DNA from: Nitrospirota bacterium
GTDB lineage: Bacteria; Nitrospirota; UBA9217
Assembly (NCBI GenBank): GCA_049793155.1
Contig: JBARBN010000106.1
Span: forward strand, 16,390-80,389
DNA: 64,000 bases
Reading direction: 5' to 3'
Every line of letters begins with the position of its first letter. The stretch's first letter is position 1. Below, in pieces: positions 48,914 through 58,717 of this stretch. The position numbers and the translations under genes were made by a program. The notes below the pieces were generated by a model. The model saw only the letters and a program-made list of their open reading frames with translations. It searched no databases and was not told the origin of the DNA.

Positions 48914-51238
48914 TCAGAAACGTTCGAATTCCTTATCCCGGAAGTCAGGCGTGTCATAACTTTCCAAACTGATCTTCGCACCCGCGAGCTTTGGAGGACG
49001 GACCGGCGCGTACACTTTCGTGAACGGTCTGTCCGCAGTGACAAGCGGGCGGGCCTCATGGTGTGCTACCTCTTCGTTCACCCTGGCAACTTTGAAGAAC
49101 GCGATCGTGCCCTGAAGCTGTTCGGACTGGGACGACAACTCCTCCGCGGTAGACGACATCTCCTCCGCAGCGCCCGCGTTCTGCTGGATCACCTGATTGA
49201 GCTGCTGGATGGCGCCGTTGATCTGGTCCGCACCCGTGGTCTGCTCTTTCGATGCAGCGCTGATCTCCTGCACCAGCGCTGCGGTCTTCTGGATATCAGG
49301 CACCAGCTTGGCCAGCATCGCCCCGGCTGTTTCGGCAACGTGGACGCTTATGGTCGACAGCTTGCTGATCTCTGTGGCCGCCACCTGGCTCCGCTCCGCA
49401 AGCTTTCTCACCTCCGAGGCAACCACGGCAAAGCCCTTCCCGTGCTCGCCGGCCCGGGCCGCCTCGATCGCAGCATTCAATGCCAGCAGGTTTGTCTGGC
49501 GGGCGATCTCCTCGATGATCGATATCCGGGACGCGATCTCCTTCATGGCAACCACGGTCTCGGACACGGCCTTGGCGCTCTCCAGGGCATCGGCGGATGA
49601 CTTGAGCGCGATCTTCTCGGTCTGTGATGCGTTGTCCGCGTTCTGCTTGATCGTGGCGTTTATCTGTTCGACGGACGACGAAGCTTCCTCGGCTGATGAC
49701 GCCTGCTCGGTATTGCCCTGCGACAACTGCTCCGCGCTGGCGGACAACTGCTGGCTGCCCGAGGCCACATTCTCTGCTGCTGCCTTGACGTCGGTTACCA
49801 CTCTGTGCAGTTTTTCGACCATTTTGGCAAGGGACTTTCCAAGGCTGTCGTTTTCAGAGAGCACCTTGACCGTGCGCGTGACGTCGCCATTTGATATCAT
49901 CTCAGCTACCTGGGCGTGACTGCTCAGGGTTTCGACCATGCTGTTCATGCTTTTTCCCAGCACGTCTTTTTCGGAAAGGACCCGAACTTTCACATTGAGA
50001 TCGCCGAGGGCGATCCTCTCTGCATTTTTCGCATGGTCGCTGAGGTTCTCGACCATCTTTTTCATGGCATCGAATATGCGGCCGAACTCATCATGTCGAT
50101 CGATCTGTATCTGCTGCGTCAGATCGCCGCTGCTGATCTGAGTAACATAATCGAGGGTGCGTTTCACCGGCCTGCGGATCAATCTCAACGAGAGAAGATA
50201 GATCGCCGCGATGAGGGCCACGACCACAAGAGCGCTCGCGAGAAGCAGATAATTTCTTATCTTCGCGGTCACGGCAGACATATCAGCGGCGTATATTCCG
50301 GCCCCGATGACCCAGTTCCAGTTGTCATGGGAGGTATAGACCACGATCTTGTCCCGCGGATGGATCTCCTTTGCTTCAGTATTCAGCCAGGGGTACCTGA
50401 TGATGCCGTTCTTCTTTTCGAGCATTTCCTTGATGAATTCCCGCCCATTGGAGTCTTTGGAATCGAGAATATTCTGGCCTTCCTTGAACGGATGAACGAC
50501 CAGATTTCCGTATGTCGGGCCTGTTTTTGCGTCCAGGACGTAAAGATAACCGCTTTCGCCCACCTTCAATGACCGGATCTTATCTTTGAGGCCCCTGAGG
50601 TTTTCGGTGAAGTCCACGCCGATAAAAAAGATGCCGATAACGCGCCCTGCGCTGTCCTTGATAGGAACATACTTGGTCATATAATCTTTGTTAAAAAGCG
50701 TGGCTTTGCCTGTGTAGCTCTCACCCTGGATCAGCTTTTTATATCCGGGATGTTCCTGTCCAAGAATCGTCCCTATAGCCCTCGACCCATCCTGCTTTTT
50801 CAAGGAAGTAGCGACGCGTACGAAGGTATCATCATCCCTTCTTGCGAATATCGTTGCCACCGCCCCGGTGATGCGTGTAAACGCATCGATCCTCTCAAAA
50901 TGCAGATTTATGACGCTGTTGCCTGCCAGTAACGTCGGGGTATCCGTCTCTCCGATGCGTATCTTCTTTGTCGGGGCGATCGTGATCTTTTCTGGATAAT
51001 ATGACGTAAAGACATTGGACAGCATGTCCGCATTGTGCTGCAAATTGCTGTCATAGGTCTCTACCATATCCTTGACAAGCTGCACTCGCGACGTCAGCTG
51101 TTCCAACGTTTGTTCCTCAAAAACTCCCGTAGTATGGCGGCTGACAAAGAACGTCAGGATGAAGAATGACAGAGAAACAATGGCAACAAGAATGATCACC
51201 AACTTCGTCCCAATGGACATATCGCGATAGCTCATCAT
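48914..51238 (-). CDS. Methyl-accepting chemotaxis protein with a periplasmic Cache-like domain and tandem HAMP repeats
   Basis: The RBS 'aaaggaga' precedes ATGATG at 51238. A TM and Cache-like region are followed by three copies of the unit (GDL.V.V.VLSE.D.LGKS...MVE.L). The MCP signalling domain is ([15 protein letters not shown]). Confidence 0.85.
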   Translation of the reverse strand: MMSYRDMSIGTKLVIILVAIVSLSFFILTFFVSRHTTGVFEEQTLEQLTSRVQLVKDMVETYDSNLQHNADMLSNVFTSYYPEKITIAPTKKIRIGETDTPTLLAGNSVINLHFERIDAFTRITGAVATIFARRDDDTFVRVATSLKKQDGSRAIGTILGQEHPGYKKLIQGESYTGKATLFNKDYMTKYVPIKDSAGRVIGIFFIGVDFTENLRGLKDKIRSLKVGESGYLYVLDAKTGPTYGNLVVHPFKEGQNILDSKDSNGREFIKEMLEKKNGIIRYPWLNTEAKEIHPRDKIVVYTSHDNWNWVIGAGIYAADMSAVTAKIRNYLLLASALVVVALIAAIYLLSLRLIRRPVKRTLDYVTQISSGDLTQQIQIDRHDEFGRIFDAMKKMVENLSDHAKNAERIALGDLNVKVRVLSEKDVLGKSMNSMVETLSSHAQVAEMISNGDVTRTVKVLSENDSLGKSLAKMVEKLHRVVTDVKAAAENVASGSQQLSASAEQLSQGNTEQASSAEEASSSVEQINATIKQNADNASQTEKIALKSSADALESAKAVSETVVAMKEIASRISIIEEIARQTNLLALNAAIEAARAGEHGKGFAVVASEVRKLAERSQVAATEISKLSTISVHVAETAGAMLAKLVPDIQKTAALVQEISAASKEQTTGADQINGAIQQLNQVIQQNAGAAEEMSSTAEELSSQSEQLQGTIAFFKVARVNEEVAHHEARPLVTADRPFTKVYAPVRPPKLAGAKISLESYDTPDFRDKEFERF

Positions 51239-51278
51239 GTTAGTCTCCTTTGTAGCGTTGAAATTTGTTGATGGTAGC

Positions 51279-51821
51279 TCACGATCGTTGTTCGCTGCCC
51301 GTAATCCATCCTGCATTCGCCGCGTCCTGTGCCGCGTCAGCTTCGAAATGCTCCGCTCGCGCACGTTCATCGGAAGAAAACACCTTGTCGATGTCCAGGA
51401 TGATGACGAACCTTTCGTTATGCCTGCCCATGCCCTTGATGAACTCCGTGTTCAGCCGCTTGCCGATCTTGGGCGCCGGCTCGACATGCTCGGACCCCAG
51501 GTCCATCACCTCCTGCACCGAATCAACAAGCGCGCCCAGAACAACGGTCTCCCCGTCAACCGTCACCTCGACGATGATGAGGCAGCTGTTCACAGTCTTC
51601 TCGGTCTTCGCCAAGCCGAACTTGAGCCGCAGGTCCACCACCGGCACCACGCTGCCGCGGACGTTGATCACACCGCACATGAATGCCGGCGTGCGCGGGA
51701 CCTTCGTGACCGCCGTGAAATCGAGCACCTCAAGCACCTTGCCGATCTCGAGCGCGAAAACCTCTTCGCCAAGTTTGAAGCTCAGATATTGAGTCGTTTC
51801 CATGATACCCGCTTCGGCCAT
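51279..51821 (-). CDS. cheW: Chemotaxis coupling protein CheW
   Basis: The RBS 'gggagg' precedes the ATG at 51821. The CheW fold is [17 protein letters not shown] ... [14 protein letters not shown]. Confidence 0.8.
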   Translation of the reverse strand: MAEAGIMETTQYLSFKLGEEVFALEIGKVLEVLDFTAVTKVPRTPAFMCGVINVRGSVVPVVDLRLKFGLAKTEKTVNSCLIIVEVTVDGETVVLGALVDSVQEVMDLGSEHVEPAPKIGKRLNTEFIKGMGRHNERFVIILDIDKVFSSDERARAEHFEADAAQDAANAGWITGSEQRS

Positions 51822-52228
51822 AGGAACCTCCCGTTTGAAATTCGGAGTGTACATTGCCAGAGATGCTGTGAAAGCGATACTCGCAACTGTAATACCGTTA
51901 TTTTTGTCTTATCCTTTTATATTTGTGATATAGAAAGCAAAATCCATACCATCCTGTCCGCATATTTTTTATTGCGACACCTGTCATTCGAGCAACGACT
52001 TCCGTGAAATTGCCCGAAGGCAGCCTGCAGCTGCACAACACGGTTATGCTCAAAAATATGCTTTAATATCGCGGTCATTGCTTGAGCAGATGGACGCTGT
52101 CCGTGGCTTTCCGTGAAGACATGCTGTCGGTCTGACCACTATTCATGATCTGCAATATAAACACATTCTAAAAAATGCGCCAATTTAGCCTCTGATTCTC
52201 CCCTTTTTATCTGATTATTCTCAATATA

Positions 52229-52242
52229 TGAGACATGTCTCA
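52229..52242. promoter_or_regulatory. Perfect 14-bp palindrome tgagacatgtctca plus a third half-site (atgagaca at 52258-52265) in the long AT-rich region upstream of cheW-mcp
   Basis: Read directly from the sequence. It is operator-like. Confidence 0.35.
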
Positions 52243-52642
52243 AGACAAAATCTCACCATGAGACAGCGTGTGCGACAATATAATTCAAACGATTAAGAGC
52301 TTATGAGCTATCTGATTGATTCGGAAGGGATCATTTCGTTCACATCGAGAAGGGATGTAGCAGTCGATTTGAGCAAGGCCGTGGTGGGAGAAAAGCACTT
52401 TTACCACATTTCAAGGGATGGTTGCAAACCAGGAAATTGCCCTCGCGCTTCGCAAGATGCCGTGCGCGACCCCTTCACCGCGATTGGAATCTTTCCGTGA
52501 AACATACCTGAGTGCCGATGCGCTCTGGTATGCCGAGGTGCCTTCATATGATTATTAGGCTTTTAATCTTAACATTGAGCGCATTCGAGATTTTTATGAA
52601 CTGCCTGCTGCCTGTCGCGGAGAAACAGATCGATAACCCGAT

Positions 52643-53026
52643 CTACTCCCCCTTCTTCTCCTCTTCTTTTATGATCAGAATAAGGGTGTCCGTCATCGTC
52701 GCGCCCGTTTGCGCGTCCTTCCACGGATTCTGAACCACCACATCCACGTCAATATCCATCTTCTTGAACCGCGCACGCTCTTTCGACGGGCTGCCGACCT
52801 TCAGGAACAGAAGCCCCTGCTTATTATAAAAGGCTATGACCTTTTCGATACTATCGTTGGTCCGGTATGCCGCCCCCTGGATCGACGGGTTCCGCGCGAG
52901 CAGATTCGTTCTGATCTGATCGTATTTCGCTCCGGGGTACACAACGACCCCAAACCGCTCTTCGGCAGCAGCGGTCGATATGCACATCATAAATACAAAC
53001 GCAGCAACACTAATCCTCGTTATCAT
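52643..53026 (-). CDS. Secreted hypothetical protein
   Basis: The RBS 'gaaggaga' precedes the ATG at 53026. The signal peptide is MITRISVAAFVFMMCISTAAA. Confidence 0.55.
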   Translation of the reverse strand: MITRISVAAFVFMMCISTAAAEERFGVVVYPGAKYDQIRTNLLARNPSIQGAAYRTNDSIEKVIAFYNKQGLLFLKVGSPSKERARFKKMDIDVDVVVQNPWKDAQTGATMTDTLILIIKEEEKKGE

Positions 53027-53103
53027 CTTTGTGTCTCCTTCCCGGGCCCCCCTTGGGTCAGCCGTCTGTTCGCCTTTCATCACCTGGTCGATCCTCTTCG
53101 CTT

Positions 53104-53484
53104 TTACCCCTTATATTCCCTCAGCGTCTTCGTCTTCTTTGCCTTTGCCTTCCCCTTCTTTTCCGGCAGCGACAGCGCGTACTCCTTCCCTATCCCCAGC
53201 CACTTTGCGAGACCTGCGGCGCCCTTCCAACCTGCTTCCCGCACCATGACCCAGCCGCTCATCGGCTTGCCGGTGATATCGAAGGGCTGCACGTTCTTGT
53301 CCTTGAGGCTCTTCTCTCCCTGCTCCTTGTCCGTGCGCACGATCAGGCTGTCCTTGTGGATGCCGAAGGCCATGTTGCCCCTGAGCAGGTAGCCCACGCC
53401 GCCGAACATCTTCTTCTTTTCCAGGTCCTTCCAGCGCTTCGCGGCAATATCGATCATTGCCTCCAATTTTTCGTTATAGGGCAT
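53104..53484 (-). CDS. TfoX N-terminal domain family protein
   Basis: The stretch KKKMFGGVGYLLRGNMAFGIHKDSLIVR matches the TfoX_N consensus. Confidence 0.55.
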   Translation of the reverse strand: MPYNEKLEAMIDIAAKRWKDLEKKKMFGGVGYLLRGNMAFGIHKDSLIVRTDKEQGEKSLKDKNVQPFDITGKPMSGWVMVREAGWKGAAGLAKWLGIGKEYALSLPEKKGKAKAKKTKTLREYKG

Positions 53485-53499
53485 ATCTGGCTCCGGTGA

Positions 53500-53620
53500 T
53501 GCCGACGAGAAACGACTAAGTACCGACAAGGATCGACGCAGAATTGACCAGGCGACATGTTAATGCAAAAAAAACCGACGAGAATCGACCGTCAGTCTTC
53601 ACCTGGAGCCGCTTTTTTGA
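53500..53620 (-). repeat. Partial R3-type repeat (gtcgattctcgtcgg, cggtacttagtcg motifs)
   Basis: The reverse complement shares 'gtcgattctcgtcgg' and 'gtacttagtcg' with 22770-22895 and 58545-58717. Confidence 0.4.
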
Positions 53621-53621
53621 G

Positions 53622-53668
53622 AAGAATATCCTTATTGCGGGGAAAAGTAAAGTAGGTTTTTGAGAGAC
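53622..53668 (+). repeat. R1 block 'aagaatatccttattgcggggaaaagtaaagtaggtttttgagag'
   Basis: Matches 41988-42028. Confidence 0.45.
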
Positions 53669-53738
53669 TAATGAGTTCATAGAGTTCATAGAGTTTATAG
53701 AGTTCATTGAGTTTGTAGCGTCTAAAGAGTTTAAATCA
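53669..53738. repeat. Tandem 9-bp repeat array (gagttcata x about 7; consensus GAGTYNATA)
   Basis: actaatgagttcatagagttcatagagtttatagagttcattgagtttgtagcgtctaaagagtttaaatc. Strict 9-bp periodicity is visible in the sequence. Confidence 0.55.
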
Positions 53739-53833
53739 TCACGCGCTCAAGATAATCTTGCCCCCGAGACCGACTATTTGTATAATAAGAACAAGTGCGT
53801 ATCCTTCATGAGAAAAGACCTGAACTATTGTCC

Positions 53834-56800
53834 ATGACCTTGCGAAAGAAAATACTAATCTGGCTTGCGGTCAGCATGACCGTGTTCCTTGCCGCCGTGA
53901 TCTTCATGGCGCCGGTCTATCTTAATTCCAAGTCAGCGAAAGGCGGCATCGAGGCCGCGGTATCGAAACGGCTCGGTGGAACCATGTCGTATGAGAGGCT
54001 CGATCTTTCACTCTTTCCCCGCCCCCATATCTCGATCACGAAGCTGAAGCTTCGCTATCCCCGGACGTTCCGCGGGACCCTTCAAGCGCTCGACATTTAT
54101 CCTCAACTCTTGCCGCTGTTCTCCGGCAAAATGCGCCTTGCGAAGATCCGGATCGCGGAGCCCGACTTCAGGGTCATTCTGCCCGCATCGGTCTCTGAAT
54201 CAACTGCAGAGGCTCCCTCTCTTGTAGAGGCCAAGAAAGATATTCGCGCCGCGCTCTACTATCTGGAGGCTATCGGCCCGGGCCTTGTCATGGAGATGGA
54301 CAACGGCAAATTCCTTTTCAGGAGGAGTCACCGGGATTTTCTCTCTCTGAAGGACGTGACCGTGCACTTCAACGCGCCGCCCGGCGATATGAAGTTCCTG
54401 GTCAAGGCATCCACGGAGCAATGGGGGAATTTTTCCTTGAGTGGATCCTATTCCTTCACCGAGGAGAGGTCTGAGGTCAGGGACCTGGCAATATCCATGG
54501 GGCTCTCTTCTCTCACCGGATTTTCCGCGAACCTGTATTGGGACCGCATACCCTGGCTGGACATGTTCTCAGGCAGCGCCGTGGTCAATCTCGATGAGCT
54601 CTACTCCTGGCTGTCGTCCTCGGAAAGCCTGACTCCGTTTCTGCAGCACGTGCGCCTGAAACGCGGGGTGCTGACCATCTCCTCCCTGTTCGGCGGCGGG
54701 CTGATCGATCATCCCGAGACATGGAAGGGAAAGATGACCGGCGAGGTGAAGGATGTGCTCGCGGAATCTCACTGGCTACCGGCGCCGCTGGGCCTCAGCA
54801 CCCGGTTCATAATCGATGAAAGCACCCTGGAAGTCACCGGGTTGTCGGCCCGGCTTGGATCATCTTCCCTTGACAATGTCTCGGCGCAGTTTGTTAAAAG
54901 TAAGGTGCCCGACTTCGCGGTTTCAGAAGGACGGGCATCGATCGACCTGGCAGAGCTGTTTGGCTGGAGGAGCAGGTACGAAAAGGCAGGGACGATGTTA
55001 AAAGACATTAATGATCTCGCTGGTAAAATATCCCTCTCTTCTCTGAGCATGGGAGGTCCACTGCTGCAGCCCGAGAAATGGCGTCTGAACATCACGGGCG
55101 AGGCGAGGGGGATCGCGATAGGCTCTCCTCTCCTCCCCGCGTCGCTTGGCGTAAGCGGACGGTTCTCCCTGGAGGAGAACAAGGTGGCGATCTCGGACAC
55201 GACGGTCCGCCTCGGCACGTCATCCCTGTCCCGCGTCTCCGCGAGCATCACCGGCCGCGATACACCCGTGCTCGAGATCGCGAACGCCAACGCGCTCATC
55301 CATGTTGCAGAGGTTTTCCAGTGGCGCAGCCGGTACCCGGCGTTGGACAGCTCGCTGAGCAGCGTGCATGACCTGAAGGGAGATCTGACCGTGACCTCGC
55401 TTGGTTTCAGGGGACCGCTGCTTCATCCCGAGCGCGGAGAGATCACTGCTGCCGGCGGTCTTGACCATATCATCATCGACTCATCGATCCTGCCGGCGCC
55501 GTTCGGTCTGGCAAGAGGCGATTTCAGGTTCGTTCCGGACAGCTTGTCCTTCGGCCTGCGCGAAGCCACGATCCTGGATTCGTCCCTGACCGGTACGGCC
55601 GTTATCAGCCGCATTACAAACACCCTGGAACGCACCATCGATATGACCATTGACGGGAGCTCCGGCAGAAAAACGCTTGACTGGGTCTTTGCGAACCTCG
55701 AACTGCCGCCCGGGCTCATGATCAAGACCCCCATTGCGGTCAGGAATTCCCATCTGACCTGGGAAGGGACAAAAGGACTCACCTTCTCCGGATCGATATC
55801 CGTTCCGGAAGGACTGGCCTTCCTCGTCGATCTTACCCAACGCAATACCGATCTCGACATCCGGCGTCTGGTGATCAAGGACCGGGAGACGAACGCGGCC
55901 ATCACGTTGAACTGGCAGAAACAGAAGGCAGACATTTCCTATTCAGGTGTCATGGCCCAGTCCACGCTGAGCAGAATATTCGAACAGGGAAATTTCGGCA
56001 AAGGCTCCGTACAGGGCGATATTCATGCAGTGATCCACACGGACCTTCCGCTCAGGTCCCGCATCAAAGGCGATCTTGAAGGCAGCGATATTTTCATTCC
56101 CTGGGGGATGCCGGTGCCCATCACGATCGACAAGTTCGCGATCAACGCAGATGGTGATGTCCTGACCGTGGACAAAGCTGATGTCACCTGGGGCGGACAT
56201 CATTACTCCATGACGGGCGCGGCAACGACCTCGGACGAGGGGATCGCCTTCAGCATGGCGCTCAAGGCCGACGGCATTGAGATACAGGAAATTCAGCAGG
56301 CCATGGAGCAGGCAGGCAGGAAAAGCACCGATCAAAAGGTCAGGTCTTTTCCCCTGCCGCCCATACGGGGCGACCTCCGAGCCGACTCGTCGTATGTTAA
56401 ATTCAGAAGCTTTATCTTTGCCCCCGCCCACGCCGTCGTAACCGTGGATCCGGACAGGGTGAACATGGAATTTACCGACACCAGGACCTGCGATATTTCG
56501 ATACCGGGTTCGCTCCTTATTTCACGGGAAAGCATCTCTTTTACGTTCACCCCCACGGCAAAGAAAGAAACCCTGGGTTATACGGTCTCCTGCCTGACGA
56601 ACATGGATGCGCATATCTCCGGCGAGTATGACCTAAGTTCGAGTTTCAGGTCGCACGGTATGGGAAAAGAGCTGCTCTCTGCCCTGGAAGGCAGGGTGGA
56701 TTTCAAGGCGCGGGACGGCAAGATTTACCATTATCCGCTCCTGCAAAAAATATTTTCCGTTTTGAGCGTGCTTGATATCTTTCGCGGCAGGGCCCCGGAC

Positions 56801-57190
56801 TTTGGGGGAAGCGGCTTCCCTTATCATTCCATGGCAATACGGGGAGATATTCACCAAGGCGTTTTCACCCTGGAGAAAGCCTATATCGGCGGGCAGTCTT
56901 TGGACATCATTGCCGAAGGCAAGATCGATCTGGGAAAGCAGCGTTTGGACCTCATCGTGCTCGTTGCGCCCTTTTCATCGATCAACTGGATCATCCGGCA
57001 CATTCCGCTCGTAGGAAAGGTCATGGGCGGCACCCTCATCTCGATCCCGGTCCGGGTGTCCGGCGATCTGACGAATCCGAGTGTTGTATTCCTCTCACCC
57101 ACGGCCGTGGGCTCCCGGATCTTGAAGCTTTTGGAGAACATCATAAAACTGCCGGTGGATATCGTTTCGCCGCTGATGCCGAAGCAATAA
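53834..57190 (+). CDS. AsmA-family large envelope protein (N-terminal TM anchor, long repetitive beta-rich body, AsmA-like C-terminus)
   Basis: About 1119 aa. The N-terminus is MTLRKKILIWLAVSMTVFLAAVIF. The body has repetitive segments (RLGSSSLDNVSAQF / RLGTSSLSRVSASI). The start was chosen at the ATG (53834) over the upstream GTG. Confidence 0.55.
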   Translation: MTLRKKILIWLAVSMTVFLAAVIFMAPVYLNSKSAKGGIEAAVSKRLGGTMSYERLDLSLFPRPHISITKLKLRYPRTFRGTLQALDIYPQLLPLFSGKMRLAKIRIAEPDFRVILPASVSESTAEAPSLVEAKKDIRAALYYLEAIGPGLVMEMDNGKFLFRRSHRDFLSLKDVTVHFNAPPGDMKFLVKASTEQWGNFSLSGSYSFTEERSEVRDLAISMGLSSLTGFSANLYWDRIPWLDMFSGSAVVNLDELYSWLSSSESLTPFLQHVRLKRGVLTISSLFGGGLIDHPETWKGKMTGEVKDVLAESHWLPAPLGLSTRFIIDESTLEVTGLSARLGSSSLDNVSAQFVKSKVPDFAVSEGRASIDLAELFGWRSRYEKAGTMLKDINDLAGKISLSSLSMGGPLLQPEKWRLNITGEARGIAIGSPLLPASLGVSGRFSLEENKVAISDTTVRLGTSSLSRVSASITGRDTPVLEIANANALIHVAEVFQWRSRYPALDSSLSSVHDLKGDLTVTSLGFRGPLLHPERGEITAAGGLDHIIIDSSILPAPFGLARGDFRFVPDSLSFGLREATILDSSLTGTAVISRITNTLERTIDMTIDGSSGRKTLDWVFANLELPPGLMIKTPIAVRNSHLTWEGTKGLTFSGSISVPEGLAFLVDLTQRNTDLDIRRLVIKDRETNAAITLNWQKQKADISYSGVMAQSTLSRIFEQGNFGKGSVQGDIHAVIHTDLPLRSRIKGDLEGSDIFIPWGMPVPITIDKFAINADGDVLTVDKADVTWGGHHYSMTGAATTSDEGIAFSMALKADGIEIQEIQQAMEQAGRKSTDQKVRSFPLPPIRGDLRADSSYVKFRSFIFAPAHAVVTVDPDRVNMEFTDTRTCDISIPGSLLISRESISFTFTPTAKKETLGYTVSCLTNMDAHISGEYDLSSSFRSHGMGKELLSALEGRVDFKARDGKIYHYPLLQKIFSVLSVLDIFRGRAPDFGGSGFPYHSMAIRGDIHQGVFTLEKAYIGGQSLDIIAEGKIDLGKQRLDLIVLVAPFSSINWIIRHIPLVGKVMGGTLISIPVRVSGDLTNPSVVFLSPTAVGSRILKLLENIIKLPVDIVSPLMPKQ

Positions 57191-57255
57191 AGGGCCGATG
57201 CCAGGATCACATTTGTTTTGATCCATGATCCAGGACTGATCCCATGACAGGCCGC

Positions 57256-58344
57256 CTACTCGATGGTCGAGTTGATGATCTCGGTAAAGGTGTCGCTGTG
57301 CATCGAGATCCCGGGCAGTGCATACCACGACCCGCCGACATTGCGGCTTATCACGGAATCTTCCACGTGAAGCGTGCCGGTATGGTCGTTCGAAATGAAG
57401 AAGATCGCGGAGCCGTAGCTGTTCACTTCGTTGTCCCTGATGTCCGACCCGTACAATGCAAGCGTCATGGTATTGCCGTCGTTGTAGATCGCGCCTCCGC
57501 TCCCGCCGCCGGGGGTCCCGGACTGGACGGGATTGCCGCCATTACCGATCGCCCGGTTGTGTGAGAACAGGCTGTTATAGATCGCCCAGGAGACCCCGAT
57601 GCTGCTGATGCCGCCGCCGTTCGCGCCGACGTTGCCGTAGCCCGGCGCACCGCCAAAGGTGCTGTTCACCACATAAACAGGAAGGCCGTTGTATTGGCTG
57701 AAGACCCGGACTGCGGCGCCCCCGACATCGGGCCCCGAGTCGGCGCAGACATTATTGAAGAACCGGCTGTTTACGACCTTGAACCGGCCTCCCCTGACCC
57801 AGACGGCCCCGCCGCCATCGTACACGGTCTCATTCCTGGAGTTGCCGTCGATGAACGTCAGGTTCTGGATGGTCAGTCGCGGATGGTCCTGGTCCTGGCA
57901 ATGCGACGTGGTCCACACCTGGTCCTGATCGCACGTGTTCATGTACAGAATGCGGGTAACGCCCCCGCCGCTCAGCGTGACCAGCCCGCCACCATCGATC
58001 ACGACATCCGGCCGGTCATTGAACACCTTGGCCGGGCGATCGAGGGTGATTGTGAGCGGACCGGGTCCGCAATCGAAGGTGATCTTGCCGCCTTGGGCAA
58101 CGGCCTGGATAAACTCCTCTGCCGTGCAGCTCTCGCGCGTTCCGCTGCCGATGACATGATCCGGGGAAGAAACGTCCTCAGCCCCGGCCCCGGCAGGGAC
58201 GAGATAGTGGCCGGACGGATTTCCGGCTAACGGTCCCTGCAGCGGGTCCGTATGGGGGTCAGCTACCGGCGTATTGCCTGTTTCTCCTGTGCCGCTGCTG
58301 CAAGCACAGCATAGTACGATCCCGAGGACAGCGATCGCCTTCAT
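57256..58344 (-). CDS. Secreted/lipoprotein-like protein with right-handed parallel beta-helix (pectate-lyase-like) repeats
   Basis: The signal sequence is MKAIAVLGIVLCCACSSG. The repeats are Gly/Asn-rich (NNV, GGGA, GNGG, ISNDHTG). Confidence 0.65.
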   Translation of the reverse strand: MKAIAVLGIVLCCACSSGTGETGNTPVADPHTDPLQGPLAGNPSGHYLVPAGAGAEDVSSPDHVIGSGTRESCTAEEFIQAVAQGGKITFDCGPGPLTITLDRPAKVFNDRPDVVIDGGGLVTLSGGGVTRILYMNTCDQDQVWTTSHCQDQDHPRLTIQNLTFIDGNSRNETVYDGGGAVWVRGGRFKVVNSRFFNNVCADSGPDVGGAAVRVFSQYNGLPVYVVNSTFGGAPGYGNVGANGGGISSIGVSWAIYNSLFSHNRAIGNGGNPVQSGTPGGGSGGAIYNDGNTMTLALYGSDIRDNEVNSYGSAIFFISNDHTGTLHVEDSVISRNVGGSWYALPGISMHSDTFTEIINSTIE

Positions 58345-58386
58345 CAGCTGAAGTCTCTCAGGGTTCGGTCTTTTTTCGTGCATCAC

Positions 58387-58533
58387 CTACTTCCACCCCG
58401 TCAACCATTCCAGGATGAACCAGGCCGCGACCAGCACGACAACGAGAAACACCCACCTCGCGACGTTCATCCATGCGCTGCCGTGTTCCGGCTCCTCCGG
58501 CGTTCCAGGTTCTTTATTCACTTTATTCTCCAT
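58387..58533 (-). CDS. Possible small membrane protein (48 aa), translationally coupled to the beta-helix protein gene
   Basis: MENKVNKEPGTPEEPEHGSAWMNVARWVFLVVVLVAAWFILEWLTGWK. Its stop is adjacent to GTGATG of the downstream gene. There is no clear RBS. Confidence 0.3.
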   Translation of the reverse strand: MENKVNKEPGTPEEPEHGSAWMNVARWVFLVVVLVAAWFILEWLTGWK

Positions 58534-58544
58534 TCAAGGGGCGT

Positions 58545-58717
58545 AACAACCGATGTAAAGCGACTGAGTACCTACTAGAACCGAAACTGATGAAGACCGA
58601 CGAGAATCGACAAAAAGCGATCTCCGAGTCGCTTCTCCGCCGCTTCTCGTCGCCTTTACGTCTGCCTTTTTGCCTCTTCGTCGCCTTGCATCGCTTTACA
58701 TCGCTTTACGTCTGTCT
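58545..58717 (-). repeat. R3 composite repeat, inverted orientation relative to 22770-22895
   Basis: The rc contains gacgtaaagcga, gcaaggcgac, agaagcgactcggagat, cgctttttgtcgattctcgtc. Confidence 0.5.

Noticed and set aside
53669-53738. Possibility that the tandem arrays are CRISPR repeats
   Set aside because: The period is 9 bp with no spacers. CRISPR repeats are 24-48 bp separated by unique spacers.
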